Shown piece after piece: positions 9,242 through 18,422 of a stretch of DNA of 32,000 nucleotides. The DNA is from Candidatus Altimarinota bacterium (lineage in GTDB: Bacteria > Patescibacteriota > Gracilibacteria > UBA1369). The stretch lies in NCBI GenBank assembly GCA_041659405.1, contig JBAZYK010000006.1:60001-92000 (forward strand), read 5' to 3'. A program made the position numbers and the translations under genes. Under the pieces are notes generated by a model, which searched no databases, was not told where the DNA came from, and saw nothing but the letters and a program-made list of their open reading frames with translations. Positions within the stretch are counted from its first letter, which is position 1; every line of letters starts with the position of its first letter.

Positions 9242-9933
9242 TCCGTAAGTTCGGTTGTTAAGCTGACTTCACGGTCACGGCCACTTTCGGTCCAAGAAAC
9301 CACGACAGTCACGCGATATTTTAAAGGTCGATCTTCGTTATTTTTATAATCAATCGGATTATTATAAGGAACGGTCACTGTTTCCACCTTTATGTAGCGG
9401 TGAAAAGGACTCGGCAGATCACTCTGTTCATGAACATATTTAACTAAAGGATCACCCTGTTTATAAAGCAAAGTCGCACTGGAAGTACTCACAGGTTGAT
9501 CATTTAAAACCTTAAGTGACCATGGCGCACAAGTTGCAATAGTAGCGCTATTAATTGTTGAATCCTTACAAAAATCAGGATCAGGATCTTTAAGATCCAA
9601 AGTATAATATTGAGTCAAATTCAAATCAGGCAAAGCGGAACCCCAAACCGAATTTTTCTGTGTACCTATTGTGCCCTTAAAATCCGCGCCCAAAAGCCAG
9701 TTGCTATCACGAACATTGCGCATGCCTTCAATCCCCTGCTGCGCCAGTTCAAAAGCCACCAAAGAGTTAATATTCTGACTATTGTTACGGATAATTGAAA
9801 CCAACAAATTTGTACTGGCCACAACCACCATAATCAAAACACTCATCGCCACAATGACTTCCGGCAGCGTAAAAGCCCCAGCCTTTCGAGCTATGGCCCA
9901 CGCTTTCCCCGATTGTGTTTTTTTCTTTAACAT
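9220..9933 (-). CDS. Prepilin-type N-terminal methylation domain protein (PilV-like)
   Basis: AGAFTLPEVIVAMSVLIMVVVASTNLLVSIIRNN...FELAQQGIEGMRNVRDSNW; overlaps both neighbours. Confidence 0.83.
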   Translation of the reverse strand: MLKKKTQSGKAWAIARKAGAFTLPEVIVAMSVLIMVVVASTNLLVSIIRNNSQNINSLVAFELAQQGIEGMRNVRDSNWLLGADFKGTIGTQKNSVWGSALPDLNLTQYYTLDLKDPDPDFCKDSTINSATIATCAPWSLKVLNDQPVSTSSATLLYKQGDPLVKYVHEQSDLPSPFHRYIKVETVTVPYNNPIDYKNNEDRPLKYRVTVVVSWTESGRDREVSLTTELTDWKGGPL

Positions 9934-10571
9934 TGATCGGGAGTTAAGATCGAAAAGACACCGGTAGTATTATTTAAAACAAAACAACGTTTATCGGCAG
10001 TACCAACCAAACCAATTACTATTTTCATTTGTTGAACAGAATTCACAACTCCAACAAAATCACGTTTTCCAAGTGGTGGTTTGTAAAAAACCTTCAAATC
10101 ATTTTGATCCTGCGAACTCTGATTTTGATCCATCAATGAAATTTTACTAATCTCCAAATCTTCAAATGAACTTATATTCATGGTTTGAACTGAATTTGCG
10201 CCACAAGCATCGGCATCATTACCCTGCACAGCGTGATAAGGATTTATCAAATATTGAACCGGAACGACCGGCTGACCACCCTGACCCTGACCATTTTGAG
10301 AATCAGAAACCCGCAAATCTACACCATAACAGGCAATTCCCGTTTGTGATTTTCCAGCTTCCTGAAATGTCACCAACTGCCCACTTTTAGCTTTCTGTTC
10401 CTGTTCTTTAAAAATACTAATAAGCGTATCCACACCCAATTCCAACTTGGCCTGTTTTCTGGTGGCGGCATAATTACCAACCGCAACCGCACCAATAATG
10501 CCAACGATTGTAATCACAACCAGCATTTCTATCAGTGTAAAAGCCTTTCTTGTTTGAGGAGCCTTGCGCAT
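9927..10571 (-). CDS. Type IV pilin/pseudopilin
   Basis: TRKAFTLIEMLVVITIVGIIGAVAVGNYAATRKQAKLE. Confidence 0.88.
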   Translation of the reverse strand: MRKAPQTRKAFTLIEMLVVITIVGIIGAVAVGNYAATRKQAKLELGVDTLISIFKEQEQKAKSGQLVTFQEAGKSQTGIACYGVDLRVSDSQNGQGQGGQPVVPVQYLINPYHAVQGNDADACGANSVQTMNISSFEDLEISKISLMDQNQSSQDQNDLKVFYKPPLGKRDFVGVVNSVQQMKIVIGLVGTADKRCFVLNNTTGVFSILTPDQC

Positions 10572-10590
10572 CGAATCTTAGTACAAAAAA

Positions 10591-11841
10591 TTAAACCAGC
10601 TGACTTAAACGGAAAATCGGAGTAAGAATGGCCAAAGCCAAAATCGCTACAGTCAAGCCAACAAACACGATCATAATTGGCTCAAATAATGAAGTTAAAC
10701 GCTTCAAAGAATTATCAATTTCAAGATCATACTGCTTGGCGATTTTTCCGGAGATCAAACCAATCGAAGCCGATTGTTCGCCAACCGCCAACATCTGCAC
10801 AACTGTTTCCGGAAACAAAAAAGGCGTATCCATCAAACTGCTGGAAATTTTTTCACCCTGCTGCACGCGGGAAATCACCTCAAAAACTTTCAAACGATAA
10901 AGTTCGCTACTTAATGAAGTCGCCACAATATTTAAAATTTGAACCAAAGGCAAACCGGCTTCAACCAAAATTCCCAACATGCTTACAAAACGCAACACCA
11001 GCATGTTTCTAAAAAGTGGTCCCAGAATCGGTAATTTCAATTTAAAATAATCCCATTTATAACGACCACTTTCTGTAGTAACTATAATTCTAAAAAGTAA
11101 AACGGCTATAATCAGGCCAAAAAGGACGGCCCACCAATAACCCGCAAAAATCGCACTAATCGTAATCAACAATTTGGTCGCAAACGGAAAATCGGCCTCT
11201 TTAAGACCACCTTCCTGCAAAAGATTAACCAGAGTTGGAATCACCCAAATTAACATTGCGGTAGAAGCCAAAACCAAAACGCCCAAAACCGCTATAGGAT
11301 AAATAGAAGCGGTCACGAGTTTAATTTGAAGTTCATTGGTTTTGCTGAGCTGCTCGGACAAACGAAGTAACATTTTATCCAGATTTCCCGCAGCTTCCCC
11401 GGCTTTCACCACACCAACTTCCAGTTCACCAAAAACATTTGGAAAACGGGCCATGGATTCCGAAAGCGTTTTACCCTGACTAACGTTATAGGCAATTGTA
11501 TTCAAAATACGGCGAAGACGTTCACTTTTGGTCCTACCGGCAAGCATTTTTAAGCCCTGCATGGTTGGAATTCCGGCATCCACAATCACCGCCAAAAGTT
11601 GGAAAAAATAAGCTTTTTCCTGCAACGGCACATGACTATGATCAACAAAAAAGTCATTCAAGCGCGTAAAAAGCGAATGCCTGGAAGCGTCATACAAACC
11701 ATAAATAATTTCAGGCTTAGCGGCAGTCGCCTTGCTTTGACCGGCTTGCAGATCTTTTAAAACACTCTGCGAAGAACTCGTTGCATTGCTTGTGGCAGCA
11801 ACAGGCGCTTCGTTCGAATTTGAGAAATTAATTTTTTCCAT
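10591..11841 (-). CDS. pilC: Type II secretion/type IV pilus inner-membrane platform protein PilC (GspF family)
   Basis: Two GspF repeats: QAKSTAAKPEI...FFQLLAVIVDAGIPTMQGLKML and FVSMLGILVEAGLPLVQILNIVA...MVQMLAVGEQSASIG...LTSLFEPIMIVFVGLTVAILALAILTPIF. Confidence 0.93.
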   Translation of the reverse strand: MEKINFSNSNEAPVAATSNATSSSQSVLKDLQAGQSKATAAKPEIIYGLYDASRHSLFTRLNDFFVDHSHVPLQEKAYFFQLLAVIVDAGIPTMQGLKMLAGRTKSERLRRILNTIAYNVSQGKTLSESMARFPNVFGELEVGVVKAGEAAGNLDKMLLRLSEQLSKTNELQIKLVTASIYPIAVLGVLVLASTAMLIWVIPTLVNLLQEGGLKEADFPFATKLLITISAIFAGYWWAVLFGLIIAVLLFRIIVTTESGRYKWDYFKLKLPILGPLFRNMLVLRFVSMLGILVEAGLPLVQILNIVATSLSSELYRLKVFEVISRVQQGEKISSSLMDTPFLFPETVVQMLAVGEQSASIGLISGKIAKQYDLEIDNSLKRLTSLFEPIMIVFVGLTVAILALAILTPIFRLSQLV

Positions 11842-11850
11842 AAAGTTTGA

Positions 11851-12408
11851 TTAAATTCGATCCTGATAATAAGTTTCCATGTTCAAATTAAAATTAACGC
11901 GGGTCGCACCGGTATCGGTTTTTCCGGTCTGCACCGTAATTGATTTCACCACCAATTTACGGGTATTCCCTTCAACCGCCCGCAAAAAATCAATCAAAGC
12001 GGTATCGCTGCTTGTAACATTAACATTTACAGTCGCCCTTTTAATTTTATCTTGAGTATTTCCGGCCAAACTAAAGTTCACGCCATTCAAAGTCACGTTG
12101 GCTTTTTGGGCAAGATCGGTCAAATCCTGCAAAAGTTTATCCTGTTCAAAACGCTCGGGAATAGAAGCCAAAGTTGTCTGCTGGCTGACTTCCGAACTTG
12201 CATTCAAGCTTTTCTGCAAATCCTGAAGATCCTGATATTGCTTGGAGAAAGTATCTTTTTGCTGTTGCAGACTAAAGACCTCGGTTTTCAAGCCGCCCAC
12301 CTCACTCCAAAGCGGACTAACGTAATAAAGGCCGCCTCCCAAAATAATCAAAAAAATGATTAAAGTTGGAAGAGCGTAATGTTTTTTGGATGATAAAGTC
12401 GTTGTCAT
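11851..12408 (-). CDS. PilO-like pilus assembly protein
   Basis: Single N-terminal TM, coiled coil, then IDFLRAVEGNTRKLVVKSITVQTG, in PilN-PilO-PilC order. Confidence 0.75.
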   Translation of the reverse strand: MTTTLSSKKHYALPTLIIFLIILGGGLYYVSPLWSEVGGLKTEVFSLQQQKDTFSKQYQDLQDLQKSLNASSEVSQQTTLASIPERFEQDKLLQDLTDLAQKANVTLNGVNFSLAGNTQDKIKRATVNVNVTSSDTALIDFLRAVEGNTRKLVVKSITVQTGKTDTGATRVNFNLNMETYYQDRI

Positions 12409-12445
12409 AAAATTATTAAAATGGAAATTAATTTTGAGTTTAAGA

Positions 12446-13141
12446 TTATGGCACCAGGGTTTGTGTTAGGGCTGGAGCCACGGTTGGCGTTGCAGCCGGA
12501 TTTACTGTCGGAGTTCTTGGAACCGGTTTTGGTTGAATTTGAACCGATTGATCAACTACAGGCGTTAAATTTTCCGGAGCCTGTTCGGTATATGTAACAT
12601 TGAAAATAAAACTCAAAATGGTTTGGCCGTTATCGGCAAGGCCTTTAGTAACCGAAGGAATGTAAGCATCCCGGAAATAAGCACTATTGTTAAAAACATT
12701 AATAAGCTGAGAAACATCAGCAAATGGAGGAATTACGGCCGGAGTTGTTTCCGCGTTAAGCGTCAATTTTCCACCCGCCGCTCCGGAATAAGACAAAAAG
12801 TGAATTTTTGAAGCATTGCTAAATGAATCAACCGGAATATTTTTCTGCAAAGCGCTCAAAACCTTTGACCAGACAATTTCGCTTTTTTGACTTTCAGCGA
12901 GCCAATTTTTGGCCAACTGAGCCGCCTCAATCTTTTTACTCTTCAAATCGTTAATTTGGGTTTGGAGCAAATCGACGTCGGTCTTTATTTGATCGCGCTG
13001 CGATACAATTGCCGACTTTTGGAAAAAAAGATAAAATCCAGCTGCCGTTAATGAAAGAAGTAGAATAACCCCTAAAACAAGCAATGCCGGACTACTTTTT
13101 TGAACCTCGACGATCGAAGCTACCGTTTTTTTTGTTTCCAT
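12446..13141 (-). CDS. PilN-like pilus assembly protein
   Basis: Single TM at the N-terminus (LLVLGVILLLSLTAAGFYLFF) followed by coiled coil QRDQIKTDVDLLQTQINDLKSKK and a Fimbrial-assembly-like domain; first gene of the pilus operon. Confidence 0.62.
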   Translation of the reverse strand: METKKTVASIVEVQKSSPALLVLGVILLLSLTAAGFYLFFQKSAIVSQRDQIKTDVDLLQTQINDLKSKKIEAAQLAKNWLAESQKSEIVWSKVLSALQKNIPVDSFSNASKIHFLSYSGAAGGKLTLNAETTPAVIPPFADVSQLINVFNNSAYFRDAYIPSVTKGLADNGQTILSFIFNVTYTEQAPENLTPVVDQSVQIQPKPVPRTPTVNPAATPTVAPALTQTLVP

Positions 13142-13185
13142 AGGTTTTAGAAAAGGATTAAATCTCTATATAATACCATTTTTCA

Positions 13186-13587
13186 GTGAAAAAATCTACT
13201 GCCAAAACTGCTAAAAAGGGTCATCCAAGCAAAAAATCGTCTGCCCGGGGTGAAAAAACCACCGAAAGGCGCAATTTCATCCATCTTAACGAGGGATTTA
13301 GCTGTGGCAAATGCGGCAAAATGAACCCAAAAGCTGCAGGAACCTGCCGCAACCATTGCCGATTTTGCCTGTTTTCAAGACATGTCGATGCCAAAGTCCC
13401 CGGCGACCGCGCAAGCAAATGCCAAAATTTGATGGAACCGGTGGCAATCAAAGCCGATGGAAAAAAGGGCTTTCAAATTCTGCATCGTTGCCTTGAATGC
13501 GACAAAGAAATCTGGAACAAAAAAGCCGATGACGATGAACTTGATGCGATTATCGCTCTTATGCAAAGACAGAACAACTCAAATTAA
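13186..13587 (+). CDS. RNHCP domain-containing zinc-ribbon protein
   Basis: GFSCGKCGKMNPKAAGTCRNHCRFCLFSRHVDAKVPGDRASKCQNLMEPVAI...LHRCLECDKEIWNK: two CxxC pairs plus the RNHCP motif. Confidence 0.85.
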   Translation: MKKSTAKTAKKGHPSKKSSARGEKTTERRNFIHLNEGFSCGKCGKMNPKAAGTCRNHCRFCLFSRHVDAKVPGDRASKCQNLMEPVAIKADGKKGFQILHRCLECDKEIWNKKADDDELDAIIALMQRQNNSN

Positions 13588-13628
13588 AACTTCGGCAAAC
13601 CAACCGAAAATGTCACAAAAAACTTCTT

Positions 13629-14693
13629 ATGACGGAAAACGAATTCGAAAAAAATCTGGATACATATCTAAAAAACGGCTCCACCATGATCGTGGGCGTT
13701 TCCGGCGGCCCCGATTCGATCTATTTATTAAAGCGCCTTTTTGACTATTCTCAAAACCACCAACTCAAAATTATTGTTGCCCATGTAAATCATGGTTTGC
13801 GCGGTAAAGAAAATCAGATCGAAGAAAAATTCGTCCAAAATCTGGCAATAAAATATGAATTCCCTTTTGAATCAATCAAACTTCATCTAAAAACCCTGCA
13901 CGGAAAGAAGCCCACTCCGCCCGCTACAAAAAAAGAAACTTCATTCGTGGCAAAATCCCAAAAAAACGGGGAAACCAACGGCAATCTGGAAGAAATCGCC
14001 CGCCAAAAGCGTTACGCCTTTTTTGAAAAATTGCGTCAAAAATATGATGCCGATTACGTTATTGTCGCCCATCACCTTAATGACAATATCGAAACCGCCC
14101 TTTTTAATCTGATCCGCGGAGCCTCTTTTCAGGGCATTAAAGGCATGAAAATGTACAACCACCAAACGCACATTTTAAGACCGCTGCTCAAAATCACCAA
14201 AAAAGAAATTCTTGATTTTCTAAAGAAAAACAAACTTAAATCTCACTTTGATGAAAGCAACAAGGATCTGCGATTTTCCCGCAACCTTCTGCGCCAAAAA
14301 GCCATTCCACTTTTTAATAAAATCAACTCCGGGTTTGAAAAAACTTTCCAGGAAAATCTTCAAAATTTCACCGAAATTGCCGAATTTATTGAAGAAAAAA
14401 GTACAACGTGGCTCCAAAAAAATCTGCAGGATCAACGTTTTCCGCTTACAAAGTTTCTTGAACTCCCCTCGTTCCTCCAAAAAAACATTCTCGTCCAGCT
14501 TTATCAAACAACTTACGGCTCAACCAACAAACTCACACTCCAACAACTTCAGGAAATTTTAAAAGTTTTAAAACTCCAAAAATCCAATCGCAAAAAAGAA
14601 TTTGGCACCCGATTTTTCATTCAAGTCATCAAAAAAAACGAAAGCTCCCCGCGTGAAGTTGAACTCAAATTGAAGCCATTGAAAAAAGCTTAA
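13629..14693 (+). CDS. tilS: tRNA(Ile)-lysidine synthase
   Basis: [19 protein letters not shown]-loop, [44 protein letters not shown]. Confidence 0.92.
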   Translation: MTENEFEKNLDTYLKNGSTMIVGVSGGPDSIYLLKRLFDYSQNHQLKIIVAHVNHGLRGKENQIEEKFVQNLAIKYEFPFESIKLHLKTLHGKKPTPPATKKETSFVAKSQKNGETNGNLEEIARQKRYAFFEKLRQKYDADYVIVAHHLNDNIETALFNLIRGASFQGIKGMKMYNHQTHILRPLLKITKKEILDFLKKNKLKSHFDESNKDLRFSRNLLRQKAIPLFNKINSGFEKTFQENLQNFTEIAEFIEEKSTTWLQKNLQDQRFPLTKFLELPSFLQKNILVQLYQTTYGSTNKLTLQQLQEILKVLKLQKSNRKKEFGTRFFIQVIKKNESSPREVELKLKPLKKA

Positions 14694-14724
14694 AAAAGTC
14701 TACAATAGTGACACCTTAAAAGAT

Positions 14725-16638
14725 ATGCCAATGCTTAAAATACAAAACCGAAAACCCGGAAACAGTTTCATTTATTTAATAGTAGCCGCTTTAATAATTG
14801 CCGCCGCCTTCATTATTTTTAGTCCGGGCAGCAGCAACATCAAAAAAATCACCCTGGACCAATTCGTTCAGCAGGCCAAAAGTGGTGAAATCGGAAAAAT
14901 ATCCTTAAGCGATAACAAGCTCAACATCACCAGAATTGATGATACCAAGGAATATACCTATAAAGAAGGAGGTCAAACCATCAGTGATCTTTTAAAAGAC
15001 GTACCGGAACAATCCAAAAAAGATATCCAGATTGATATTCAGGCACCGGACGGCCAGGACTTTTGGCTAAATCTGATCATCAGCATTTTACCCTTCTTAT
15101 TAATAGTTGGATTTTTTGCCTTCATGATGCGCCAGGCGCAAAGCAGCAATAATCAGGCTATGTCTTTTGGTAAAAGCAAAGCCCGCCTTTATGATAAAGA
15201 TAAACAAAAAACCACTTTTCAGGATGTGGCCGGTGCCAAAGAAGCCAAAGAAGAATTGATTGAAATTGTCGATTTCCTTAAAAACCCAACCAAATATACG
15301 CAAATGGGAGCCAAAATTCCTAAAGGTGTACTTTTGGTGGGAGCCCCCGGAACAGGTAAAACTTTGCTCGCCCGCGCAGTTGCCGGTGAAGCCAACGTAC
15401 CTTTCTTTAACATCTCCGGTTCTGAATTTGTAGAAATGTTTGTGGGAGTTGGAGCAAGCCGTGTTCGCGACCTGTTTAAAAAAGCAAAACGCAACGCTCC
15501 ATGTATTATTTTCATTGATGAAATCGATGCCGTTGGCCGCCAGCGCGGAACAGGACTCGGTGGAGGACATGATGAACGTGAACAAACTTTGAATCAGATT
15601 TTGACCGAAATGGATGGTTTTGAAAAAGACACCAATGTTATTGTAATGGCTGCCACAAACCGTCCAGACGTTTTGGATCCGGCGCTTCTTCGCCCGGGTC
15701 GCTTTGATCGTCGCATTGTTGTGGATGTTCCGGACATGGAAGATCGTGAAGCAATTTTAAAGGTTCACGGCCGCAATAAACCTTTGGCAAAAGAGTGTGA
15801 TCTTCTGAAAATTGCTCAACACACTCCTGGTTTTGCCGGTGCCGATCTTGAAAACTTGATGAACGAAGCTGCCATTTTAACCGCTCGCCGTAACAAAAAA
15901 CAGGTAACCATGTCCGAGCTTGAAGAGTCTATTGAAAAAGTTATGATGGGCCCGGAACGCAAATCCCGAGTACTTTCAAAAAAAGAAAAAGAGATCACCG
16001 CTTATCATGAAACAGGTCATGCTTTGGTGGCTCAACTTCTGCCAAATTGCGACCCGGTTCATAAAGTTTCAATCATCTCACGCGGTATGGCTTTGGGTGT
16101 TACCTGGTTCTTGCCAGAAGAAGATAAGCACCTTTATCTTCGCAGCAAATTTGAAGATGAAATGTGTTCACTTTTAGGTGGATATTTATCTGAAATCGCA
16201 ATCTTTGGCGAAATGACCACAGGTGCTTCAAATGACCTTGAAAGAGCAACTCAAATCGCCCGCAACATGGTTACAAAATATGGTATGAGCAGACTTGGCC
16301 CGGTCATTTTTGGTGAGCAGAATCACGAAGTTTTCTTAGGCCGCGATTTTGGCCATGTCAGAAATTACTCAGAAGAAGTTGCTAAAGAAATCGATGAAGA
16401 AGTAAAAGAAATCATCAAAAAAGCCGAAATCAGAACAAAGGATATCATCCAAAAACATTTGGATAAAATCCACATCATTGCCAAGTTTTTGATCGAAAAA
16501 GAAACTATCAACCGTAAACAATTCCTAAAATTCTTTGGTGAAAAAGAAGAAAAAGAAATCGAAAAAAAGAAACGCAAAATGGCCGAAATGAACGAGACCG
16601 AAGCCACCGAAGAAAAAGCAAAAACCACCGAAAATTAA
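14725..16638 (+). CDS. ftsH: ATP-dependent zinc metalloprotease FtsH
   Basis: [39 protein letters not shown]-region [17 protein letters not shown] zinc motif. Confidence 0.97.
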   Translation: MPMLKIQNRKPGNSFIYLIVAALIIAAAFIIFSPGSSNIKKITLDQFVQQAKSGEIGKISLSDNKLNITRIDDTKEYTYKEGGQTISDLLKDVPEQSKKDIQIDIQAPDGQDFWLNLIISILPFLLIVGFFAFMMRQAQSSNNQAMSFGKSKARLYDKDKQKTTFQDVAGAKEAKEELIEIVDFLKNPTKYTQMGAKIPKGVLLVGAPGTGKTLLARAVAGEANVPFFNISGSEFVEMFVGVGASRVRDLFKKAKRNAPCIIFIDEIDAVGRQRGTGLGGGHDEREQTLNQILTEMDGFEKDTNVIVMAATNRPDVLDPALLRPGRFDRRIVVDVPDMEDREAILKVHGRNKPLAKECDLLKIAQHTPGFAGADLENLMNEAAILTARRNKKQVTMSELEESIEKVMMGPERKSRVLSKKEKEITAYHETGHALVAQLLPNCDPVHKVSIISRGMALGVTWFLPEEDKHLYLRSKFEDEMCSLLGGYLSEIAIFGEMTTGASNDLERATQIARNMVTKYGMSRLGPVIFGEQNHEVFLGRDFGHVRNYSEEVAKEIDEEVKEIIKKAEIRTKDIIQKHLDKIHIIAKFLIEKETINRKQFLKFFGEKEEKEIEKKKRKMAEMNETEATEEKAKTTEN

Positions 16639-16649
16639 AAAAACATCCG

Positions 16650-16729
16650 TGTTCAGTTTATGGAATATTATTTGAACACACAGGGCCCCTACCCCGGATG
16701 TGTTCAAATAATATTCCATAAACTGAACA
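16650..16729 (-). repeat. 80-bp palindromic element, copy 1 (perfect 31-bp arms, 18-nt core in minus orientation)
   Basis: TGTTCAGTTTATGGAATATTATTTGAACACA (16650-16680) | cagggcccctaccccgga | TGTGTTCAAATAATATTCCATAAACTGAACA (16699-16729). The arms are exact reverse complements. Confidence 0.97.
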
Positions 16730-16748
16730 ATCATTAATCACTAATTAA

Positions 16749-17252
16749 ATGAGAAAGCTTGTTGCAACAGCTTCTGTTCAAACCCAAAATAAACGTGTTT
16801 CCCCTGCTTCCACACGGAATGCAGCCGGCGCGCCAAGAACGGCTTCAAGAAACGCCATAGTAAGTGGAGCTTCCGGTTCCTCACCTTTTACCAATGCACC
16901 TTTAACCGCAAGCTCGGAAGAAGGCCAGTTGGCCCTGGACGTGTATCAAACTCCTACGGAAATTATAGTCATGGCGCCAATTGCCGGCGTAAAACTTTCC
17001 GATTTGAATGTAACAATGACCGAAGACGTACTGACTATTAAAGGAAATCGTTATCTCGAATTTGATATTCCCGAACAAGACTATTTAACCCAGGAATGTT
17101 TTTGGGGCGACTTCAGCCGATCAATCGTTCTACCGGCATCGGTCGATTCCACCAAAATCAACGCCAGCTTCAAAGACGGCGTCCTAAAAGTCTCAATCCC
17201 CAGAACCGAACCAACAAAAACGAAGATAATACGAATTAAAACCGACTTATAA
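16749..17252 (+). CDS. Small heat shock protein, Hsp20/alpha-crystallin family, with Ala/Ser/Thr-rich basic N-terminal extension
   Basis: Alpha-crystallin core LALDVYQTPTEIIVMAPIAGVKLSDLNVTMTEDVLTIKGNR...FWGDFSRSIVLPASVDSTKINASFKDGVLKVSIPR. Confidence 0.9.
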   Translation: MRKLVATASVQTQNKRVSPASTRNAAGAPRTASRNAIVSGASGSSPFTNAPLTASSEEGQLALDVYQTPTEIIVMAPIAGVKLSDLNVTMTEDVLTIKGNRYLEFDIPEQDYLTQECFWGDFSRSIVLPASVDSTKINASFKDGVLKVSIPRTEPTKTKIIRIKTDL

Positions 17253-17282
17253 CGAATTATAAAAAAAATAATTATAAGCGTG

Positions 17283-17362
17283 TATTCGGATTGTAAGAAT
17301 ATTTCTGAACACATCCGGGGTAGGGGCCCTGTGTGTGAAGGAATATTGTTACAATCTGAATA
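17283..17362 (+). repeat. 80-bp palindromic element, copy 2
   Basis: TATTCGGATTGTAAGAATATTTCTGAACACA (17283-17313) | TCCGGGGTAGGGGCCCTG | TGTGTGAAGGAATATTGTTACAATCTGAATA (17332-17362). 26 of 31 Watson-Crick pairs plus 2 G.U; core identical to copy 1. Confidence 0.93.
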
Positions 17363-17425
17363 CCACCTGAACACAATCCGGGGTAGGGGCCCTGTGTGCG
17401 AAGGGGTACTTCTATATTCTGAACA
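17363..17425 (+). repeat. Palindromic element, copy 3 (left arm truncated by/overlapping copy 2)
   Basis: CTGAACACAA | TCCGGGGTAGGGGCCCTG (17377-17394) | TGTGCGAAGGGGTACTTCTATATTCTGAACA (17395-17425). Core identical; the right arm is 31 nt and ends in the same CTGAACA terminus as copy 1. Confidence 0.88.
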
Positions 17426-17435
17426 CCCCCCTACT

Positions 17436-18302
17436 ATGAAGATTAGAAAAGCTGTTTTCCCCGCCGCCGGTTTCGGCACCCGTTTCCTCCCCGTCACCAA
17501 ATCGCAACCCAAAGAAATGTTGCCGATTGTGGATAAACCGGTCATCCAATATCTGGTTGAAGAAGCCGTTGCGTCCGGAATTGAAGAAATTATTATTGTC
17601 ACCGGCCGCGGTAAACGTTCCATTGAAGATCATTTTGATTATTCTTTCGAGCTTGAGCACACGCTGGTTGAAAAGGGCAAACACTCACTTTTAAAAGAAG
17701 TCCGTGCCATTTCCAAACTGGCCAAGTTTATCTATGTGCGCCAGCCTATGCCGCTTGGTGATGGCCACGCCATCCTTTGCGCCAAGGAAGTTGTTGGCAA
17801 TGAACCTTTCGCCGTTCTTTTTGGAGATGACATTGTGGATTACAAAGTTCCGGCCTTAAAACAGCTGATTGATGTTTATAATAAGACCGGCTGCAGCGTC
17901 CTTGGGCTCCAAGAAATCGACCCAAAAGAAAGTGAAAACTACGGCATGATCAAAGCAAAAAAAGGTTCAAGCCATGATCGTCTATGTGAAATTGAAAAGC
18001 TTGTTGAAAAACCAAGTCCGGAAAAAGCTCCTTCCAATCTTGGAATTATCGGAAAATATATAGTAACACCGGAAATCATTGAGGCTCTGGAAAAGGCCAA
18101 ACCAAGCCACGGAGGTGAAATAAGACTCATTGACGGGTTTTCCCAACTCCTCAAAAAACAAAAAATTTACGGCTACGAAATCATGGGAAAAAGATATGAC
18201 ACCGGCACCAAAATGGGGCTCATCACCGCCACCATCGATTTTGCCCTAAAGCGCAAAGACCTTGGCCCGGAACTTAGAAAATACCTAAAAAGCCTAGAGT
18301 AA
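17436..18302 (+). CDS. galU: UTP-glucose-1-phosphate uridylyltransferase
   Basis: MKIRKAVFPAAGFGTRFLPVTKSQPKEMLPIVDKPVIQYLVEEAVASGIEEIIIVTGRGKRSIEDHFD; VLFGDDIVD. The ORF-track start at 17280 runs through the repeats and is not used. Confidence 0.95.
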   Translation: MKIRKAVFPAAGFGTRFLPVTKSQPKEMLPIVDKPVIQYLVEEAVASGIEEIIIVTGRGKRSIEDHFDYSFELEHTLVEKGKHSLLKEVRAISKLAKFIYVRQPMPLGDGHAILCAKEVVGNEPFAVLFGDDIVDYKVPALKQLIDVYNKTGCSVLGLQEIDPKESENYGMIKAKKGSSHDRLCEIEKLVEKPSPEKAPSNLGIIGKYIVTPEIIEALEKAKPSHGGEIRLIDGFSQLLKKQKIYGYEIMGKRYDTGTKMGLITATIDFALKRKDLGPELRKYLKSLE

Positions 18303-18344
18303 AAACCTCTAAAGCTGCAAAATCAGCCCAAAACCGGCAAAATA

Positions 18345-18383
18345 AACGCCTTAAACTTCGTGGTTGAGTTTTTAGGCGTTTTC
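18345..18383 (+). terminator. Candidate intrinsic terminator downstream of galU
   Basis: AACGCCT ... AGGCGTT stem (inner TAAAC/GTTTTT can extend it) followed by TTTTC. Confidence 0.4.
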
Positions 18384-18422
18384 AGCTATAATGTTCGGAT
18401 AACAAAAATAAAAACAAACAAT

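Noticed and set aside
16650-16729. CIRCE/HrcA operator upstream of hsp20
   Set aside because: The sequence does not match TTAGCACTC-N9-GAGTGCTAA, and the same core occurs downstream of the gene.
16650-17425. CRISPR array
   Set aside because: Only three core copies, one inverted, with no regular spacing and no unique spacers of constant length; no cas genes in the window.
17081-17623. 180-aa minus-strand ORF spanning the palindromic repeats
   Set aside because: Its repeated SHTGPLPRI segments are just translations of the repeat core, and it is antisense to hsp20 and galU.
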